From an uncultured Collinsella sp. (GTDB taxonomy: Bacteria > Actinomycetota > Coriobacteriia > Coriobacteriales > Coriobacteriaceae), in the NCBI GenBank assembly GCA_900542165.1, contig UQMM01000002.1:8012-72011 (forward strand): 64,000 nucleotides of DNA, read 5' to 3'. A program made the position numbers and the translations under genes. Below the pieces are notes generated by a model, which worked only from the letters and a program-made list of their open reading frames with translations, was not told the DNA's origin and did not search any database. This document shows, piece after piece, positions 59,127 through 64,000 of the stretch. Positions within the stretch are counted from its first letter, which is position 1. Each line of letters begins with the position of its first letter.

Positions 59127-61130
59127 ATGTCGAAGCAAGCGGTCGTTGGAATCTTGGCGCATGTCGATGCCGGCAAGACCACGTTGGCCGAGGCCATGCT
59201 GTTTAACGCGGGTCGCATTCGCAGGCGCGGCCGCGTGGACGATGGCGATTCGCATCTGGACACTGACGCGATCGAGCGCGAGCGTGGCATCACGATTTTC
59301 TCGTCGCAGGCCGTGCTCGACCATGGCGATACCCACGTCATGCTCGTAGATGCGCCCGGCCACGTCGATTTTTCGGCCGAGGCGGAGCGCACATTGCGCG
59401 CGCTGGACTACGCGATTTTAGTTGTGAGCGCCAACGACGGCGTGCAGGGGCACACCGAAACCCTGTGGCGCCTGCTTGCACGCTATGACATCCCGACGTT
59501 CATCTATATCAACAAAATCGATTTGGAGAATCCCGGCCGCGATGTTTTGCTGGCACAACTTGGGCAACGTCTTTCCGAGGGCTGCCTGGATGCCAGCGAA
59601 CTGCTGGCGGGCGGCGCCGTTCAGGAGGACGCCGCCGCGTTGGACGAGGCAGCGCTCGAGGAGTTTCTAGAGACGGGCGAACTTTCTGTTGCAACGCTGT
59701 CGCGCATGGTTGCCGAGCGCAAGCTCTTTCCCTGCTTTGCCGGCTCGGCGCTCAAGGACCAAGGCGTGGACGAGCTGCTGGACGGCATATGCACGCTGAT
59801 GCGTGAACAGGCATGGCTTCCGGAGTTTGCCGCGCGCGTCTATCGTGTCAGCCGCGGGGATCGCGGCGAGCGCTTGGCTTGGGTTAAAGTGACCGGCGGC
59901 ACGCTGCATGCCAAGCAGATGATTGACGGACGTTCCGGCGCCGAGGCATGGGAGCAGAAGGTCGATCAGGTACGCATCTATAACGGCGAAAAGTATGAGC
60001 TTGCCCAAGAAGTTGCTGCTGGCGGTATTTGTGCTGTGACGGGTCTTGCGCACGTTCGCCCAGGGGACGCCCTGGGCGCGGAGCCTGCGGGCGATGCGCC
60101 CGTCATTGCACCAGTCCTCACCTATACGGTGCTTCCGGGCGAACACGATGTCCATACGGTGTTCCAAGCGCTGACTGAGCTGGCGGACGAAGATCCCATG
60201 CTCGGTGTAAGCTGGAACACTCATCTTGAGCAGATTCATTTGCAGTTGATGGGCGCCGTGCAACTCGAGGTCGTGCAGCGGGTGTTGGCAGATCGCTTTG
60301 GCCTTTCGGTTGCGTTTGAGTCTGGCGGCATTCTCTATAAGGAGACTATTTCGCAGCCGGTCGAGGGTGTGGGCCACTTTGAGCCACTGCGCCACTATGC
60401 CGAGGTGCATCTGCGCCTGGAGCCGTTGCCAGCGGGTTCGGGCGTGCAGTTTGGCACCGTGACCTCGACCGACGAGCTCGATCTTAACTGGCAGCGTTTG
60501 GCACTCACCAACGCCATGGAGCGCGATCACCTGGGTGTGCTGACCGGCTCGCCCATCACCGATGTGCGCATTACGCTCACGGGCGGCCGCGCGCATGCCA
60601 AACACACCGAGGGCGGCGATTTTCGCCAGGCCACGTACCGCGCGATTCGCCAGGGGCTTATGCAGGCGCGTGAGGCCGGCGCGGCGGTACTGTTGGAGCC
60701 GTGGTACCACTTTGAGCTCGAGGTGCCAGGGGAGTGCGTGGGCCGGGCGCTTTCAGATGCCACGCGCATGGGTGCCGAGTACGAGCCGCCGACGATGGCG
60801 GGAGACCGGGCGAAGCTTGTAGGTCGCGTGCCAGCATCCGAGGTGCAGGATTACGCGCTGGAGGTGGCTGCCTACACGAGCGGTCGCGGTCATCTGTATC
60901 TAGAGTTTGCCGGCTATGCGCCTTGCCATGATGCCGAGCGCGTAATCGAGACTGCCGACTATGAGCCAGAGGCCGATCTGCCCAACACGCCCGACTCGGT
61001 CTTTTGCTCTCACGGCGCCGGTTACACGGTCAAATGGTACGACGTGCCCGCCGCGGCGCACGTAAAGGTCGATCCCTCCACCTTCCGCCCCTGGCGAGCA
61101 GCAGACGCCGAGTTTTTCGGCCACATGTGA
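59127..61130 (+). CDS. TetM/EF-G-like translational GTPase
   Basis: GILAHVDAGKTT, ERERGITI, DAPGHVDF, NKID, HFEPLRHYAEV, HTEGGDFRQA, SVFCSHGAG. Confidence 0.9.
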   Translation: MSKQAVVGILAHVDAGKTTLAEAMLFNAGRIRRRGRVDDGDSHLDTDAIERERGITIFSSQAVLDHGDTHVMLVDAPGHVDFSAEAERTLRALDYAILVVSANDGVQGHTETLWRLLARYDIPTFIYINKIDLENPGRDVLLAQLGQRLSEGCLDASELLAGGAVQEDAAALDEAALEEFLETGELSVATLSRMVAERKLFPCFAGSALKDQGVDELLDGICTLMREQAWLPEFAARVYRVSRGDRGERLAWVKVTGGTLHAKQMIDGRSGAEAWEQKVDQVRIYNGEKYELAQEVAAGGICAVTGLAHVRPGDALGAEPAGDAPVIAPVLTYTVLPGEHDVHTVFQALTELADEDPMLGVSWNTHLEQIHLQLMGAVQLEVVQRVLADRFGLSVAFESGGILYKETISQPVEGVGHFEPLRHYAEVHLRLEPLPAGSGVQFGTVTSTDELDLNWQRLALTNAMERDHLGVLTGSPITDVRITLTGGRAHAKHTEGGDFRQATYRAIRQGLMQAREAGAAVLLEPWYHFELEVPGECVGRALSDATRMGAEYEPPTMAGDRAKLVGRVPASEVQDYALEVAAYTSGRGHLYLEFAGYAPCHDAERVIETADYEPEADLPNTPDSVFCSHGAGYTVKWYDVPAAAHVKVDPSTFRPWRAADAEFFGHM

Positions 61131-61156
61131 CAAAGGGACAGTTCCTTTGTCACATG
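61124..61156. repeat. REP-like palindrome, family 2, overlapping the GTPase stop codon
   Basis: CATGTGACAAAGG-GACAGTT-CCTTTGTCACATG. Confidence 0.85.
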
Positions 61157-61160
61157 CTAA

Positions 61161-61210
61161 TGGTATAACTCGGTATAAGTTGGTATAACTATTGCCAGGG
61201 TTTGCCAATC
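61161..61210 (+). repeat. 10-bp phased direct repeats upstream of the AAA+ ATPase
   Basis: TGGTATAACT CGGTATAAGT TGGTATAACT, then ATTGCCAGGG TTTGCCAATC. Confidence 0.85.
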
Positions 61211-61223
61211 CGAGGAGGCCGAC

Positions 61224-62333
61224 ATGAATCCAAATCCCTTTAAGCCCACGGCTGGCAAGCGGCCTCCGATACTCATCGGTCGCGAGTCGGTCATCGAAGA
61301 TTTCGAGGAAGGGCTTGATAACGGCGCCGGAGCGCCGGGCAGGCTCATGCTCATTACGGGAAACCGCGGCTGCGGCAAGACGGTTCTCCTGCGGGAGTTG
61401 CAACGTCTGGCCAGCGAGCGCGGATGGGCGGTTGTCTCCGATTCCGCTTCGCTTGGCTTATTCGACCGCTTGGCCGACGCGCTTCGCTCGAATAAACCCG
61501 TTGTGACGTCAATGGAGTTCGGTCCGTCGTTTGGCCGGATGTCGGTCGAGGCGGCGCGGGCAAAGGGCGAGACGTTGCGAGGGCTGGTCAACGAGCGGCT
61601 CAAGAAGCTCGGTCCAGGCAAGGGCATCCTGTTTGCGATTGACGAGGCGCAATCTGCGTCTATCGAGGAACTGGCGGCCCTTGCCGTTCTCTACCAGCAG
61701 GTGCTCGGAGACCAGGATGCCACGGGCTTGCCCGATAGCGACCAGCGCGGTCTTGCGCTGGTGTTCGCCGGCTTACCCAGTATGGTTGACGAACTGCTCG
61801 AAGAGCCGAGCGTGACGTTTTTGCGGCGTGCCCAGCAGCGTACGCTGGGGGCGATATCTTTGCCCAAGGTGCGCGATTCATATATCCAGACGGTCAAAGA
61901 CGCTGGTCTTTACGTTGACGCGGAGACGGCGGACCTTGCGGCGCGCAAAAGCATGGGGCATCCCTATATGGTTCAGCTGGTGGGATATTACATGTGGCGG
62001 TCTGCCGTCCGACGTGGCTCGCAGGTCATCGAAAGGCACGATGCCGAGGATGGCCATGCGGATGCCGTCTCCGAGTTCTACGAAGCGGTTGACGCGCCCC
62101 TGTATTACGGGCTGCGCAGTCCGCAACGCCTCTTTATCGAGGCTATGGCTGCTGATGAGGGTAAACCGACGCGCATGGCGGATATCATTGAGCGCTGTGA
62201 TCGCACCCAGAGCTGGGCGAGTAAATATCGCGCAAGCCTGATTCGCGAGCGCGTCATCGAGGCTGCCGGATACGGTCTCGTCCGGTTTACCGTGCCCATG
62301 CTGGGCGCGTACATTCGCGATCGCATTTTATGA
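61224..62333 (+). CDS. AAA+ ATPase with probable C-terminal winged helix
   Basis: NPFKP...LIGRE, GNRGCGKT, AIDEAQ, GHPYMVQLVG; C-terminal MADII...WASKYRASLI...GYGLVRFTVP. Confidence 0.85.
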   Translation: MNPNPFKPTAGKRPPILIGRESVIEDFEEGLDNGAGAPGRLMLITGNRGCGKTVLLRELQRLASERGWAVVSDSASLGLFDRLADALRSNKPVVTSMEFGPSFGRMSVEAARAKGETLRGLVNERLKKLGPGKGILFAIDEAQSASIEELAALAVLYQQVLGDQDATGLPDSDQRGLALVFAGLPSMVDELLEEPSVTFLRRAQQRTLGAISLPKVRDSYIQTVKDAGLYVDAETADLAARKSMGHPYMVQLVGYYMWRSAVRRGSQVIERHDAEDGHADAVSEFYEAVDAPLYYGLRSPQRLFIEAMAADEGKPTRMADIIERCDRTQSWASKYRASLIRERVIEAAGYGLVRFTVPMLGAYIRDRIL

Positions 62334-62367
62334 CACGAGTAGGGTGATAAAGGTGACGGAACAGAAG

Positions 62368-64000
62368 ATGAGCCCGCAGGCTATCGAGGTGCGTGGCGCG
62401 CGCGTACACAACCTCAAGGACATCGATATCGATATCCCGCTGGGAAAGCTCGTAGGCATTGCTGGCGTGTCGGGTTCGGGCAAGAGTTCGCTGGCGCTGG
62501 GAGTTCTTTATGCCGAGGGCTCGCGCCGTTACCTGGAGGCGCTCAGCACCTATACCCGCCGTCGTCTGACGCAGGCCGAACACGCCCAGGTGGACGAGGT
62601 GCTACACGTGCCGGCGGCGCTCGCATTGCATCAGCGCCCCAGCGTGCCAGGTGTGCGCTCGACCTTTGGTACCATGACCGAGCTCAACAATAGCCTGCGT
62701 CTGCTCTTTAGCCGTTGCGCCCATCACGTGTGCCCGCACTGCGGGGCACGCGTGGAACCGAGCCTTAACGTGGCCGCTGGCCTGTCGCTCACGTGCCCTG
62801 CGTGCGGTCGCGAGTTCTACGCGCCGAGTGCCGAGGATTTGGCTTTCAATAGCGGTGGTGCGTGCCCTACCTGCGGCGGCACCGGTGTCATGCGCGAGGT
62901 GGACGAGGCGAGCCTGGTGCCCGACGAGTCAAAGACCATCAATGAGGGCGCGGTGCTTCCTTGGGGCACGCTTATGTGGGATCTGATGAAGCAGGTCGCC
63001 GGCGAGATGGACGTGCGCACCGATGTACCGTTTAACCAGCTCACGCCTCAAGAGCGCGATATCGTGTTCCATGGTCCGGCGGTTAAAAAGCACATTCTCT
63101 ACGTTCCCAAAAACGGCGAGGGCGCCACGCCGCTCGACTTTACCTATTACAACGCCGTCTATACCGTTGAGAATGCGCTCGCCAAGGTTAAGGACGACAA
63201 GGGACTTAAGCGCGTTGTGCGCTTTTTGCGCGAGGGACCATGCCGTGACTGTGGCGGCACGCGTCTTTCCGAGGCTGCGCGCCAGCCCCAGGTGCGCGGT
63301 ATCAATCTGGCGCAGGCGGCGGCCATGACGCTGGGCGAGGCGATTGAATGGGTGCGCGGGGTGCCCGCAACGCTGCCTGCCGAGATGCGGCCCATGGCGA
63401 CGGACATCTGTGATTCGTTTTTGAGCACGGCCCGCCGTCTGGTCGATCTGGGTCTCGATTACCTTTCACTCGATCGCGCCGGTGCCACGCTCTCCACGGG
63501 TGAGCGCCAGCGCGTGCAGCTCGCTCGCGTGGTGCGCAACCGATCGACGGGCGTGCTTTATGTGCTGGACGAGCCCTCGATTGGCTTACATCCGGCAAAT
63601 GTCGACGGTCTGGTAGGCGTGATGCGCGATCTGGTGGATGACGGCAACACCGTGGTTGTTGTCGACCACGACACGCGCGTGCTGGCGGAAGCCGACTATC
63701 TGGTCGAGATGGGCCCCGTTGCCGGAGCGGGCGGTGGTAACGTGATCGCCGCGGGCACGGTGGACGAGGTCGAACAATCGCAGGGCAGCCGCATTGCGCC
63801 GTTTTTGAGATCGGACTCCAAGCGCTTGCGTCCGCGGGTGACTGACGACGAAATGTTCGACCAGGGCCACATCCGCATGGCAACCGATGCCATCCATACC
63901 GTCAAGCCGCTCGAAGTCGATATCCCGCGCGGGCGTCTCGTCGCGGTGACGGGTGTTTCGGGTTCGGGCAAGACGACGTTGGTGCTCGAGACGCTTATCC
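62368..64000 (+). CDS. UvrA-family ABC ATPase (probably class II UvrA2/DrrC-like), runs off the window end
   Basis: IEVRGARVHNLK, GVSGSGKSS, LSTGERQR, LDEPSIGLHP, second TGVSGSGKT; alternative GTG start at 62353. Confidence 0.9.
   Translation, partial: MSPQAIEVRGARVHNLKDIDIDIPLGKLVGIAGVSGSGKSSLALGVLYAEGSRRYLEALSTYTRRRLTQAEHAQVDEVLHVPAALALHQRPSVPGVRSTFGTMTELNNSLRLLFSRCAHHVCPHCGARVEPSLNVAAGLSLTCPACGREFYAPSAEDLAFNSGGACPTCGGTGVMREVDEASLVPDESKTINEGAVLPWGTLMWDLMKQVAGEMDVRTDVPFNQLTPQERDIVFHGPAVKKHILYVPKNGEGATPLDFTYYNAVYTVENALAKVKDDKGLKRVVRFLREGPCRDCGGTRLSEAARQPQVRGINLAQAAAMTLGEAIEWVRGVPATLPAEMRPMATDICDSFLSTARRLVDLGLDYLSLDRAGATLSTGERQRVQLARVVRNRSTGVLYVLDEPSIGLHPANVDGLVGVMRDLVDDGNTVVVVDHDTRVLAEADYLVEMGPVAGAGGGNVIAAGTVDEVEQSQGSRIAPFLRSDSKRLRPRVTDDEMFDQGHIRMATDAIHTVKPLEVDIPRGRLVAVTGVSGSGKTTLVLETLI

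Noticed and set aside
59127..61130. Calling this a tetracycline resistance gene (tetM/tetW)
   Set aside because: It shares only the GTPase family motifs; the C-terminal motifs differ from true ribosomal protection proteins and there is no mobile context.
62368..64000. Canonical uvrA symbol
   Set aside because: The N-terminal half looks shorter than class I UvrA (UvrB-binding region apparently absent) and the gene is incomplete in the window.

Overview
A 64 kb high-GC chromosomal segment, inferred from gene content and promoter style to come from a Collinsella-like gut Coriobacteriia genome. No rRNA, tRNA or CRISPR array was seen. Positions 1-11.1 kb are a decayed mosaic island. It holds a divergent ToxN/TenpN/CptN-fold (type III TA) toxin candidate behind a GC hairpin, a LysR/MerR-controlled redox and detoxification cluster, a yjdF riboswitch on a truncated yjdF, and several gene remnants. 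Next come a divergent type IIA topoisomerase operon with a perfect Gram-positive SOS box, a lipoprotein / giant Tat+sortase surface protein / LuxR module, and a two-component system with a CXXC-peptide/4Fe-4S/TlpA operon. The remainder is housekeeping and transport genes (Dus, TrmO, PatB, hybrid kinases, K+ and ClC channels, a YtrA-ABC operon, prfC, ung, MATE, methyltransferases, a TetM-like GTPase, an AAA+ ATPase, a partial UvrA-like gene). The best leads are: (i) the type III TA candidate; (ii) a preQ1-I-like RNA leader in front of a VUT/YhhQ transporter + SDR operon; (iii) AAA+/wHTH ATPase genes preceded by helically phased direct repeats; (iv) two families of REP-like intergenic palindromes; (v) an unannotated 47-aa membrane peptide. 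All family calls come from motif recognition by eye, not from database searches.
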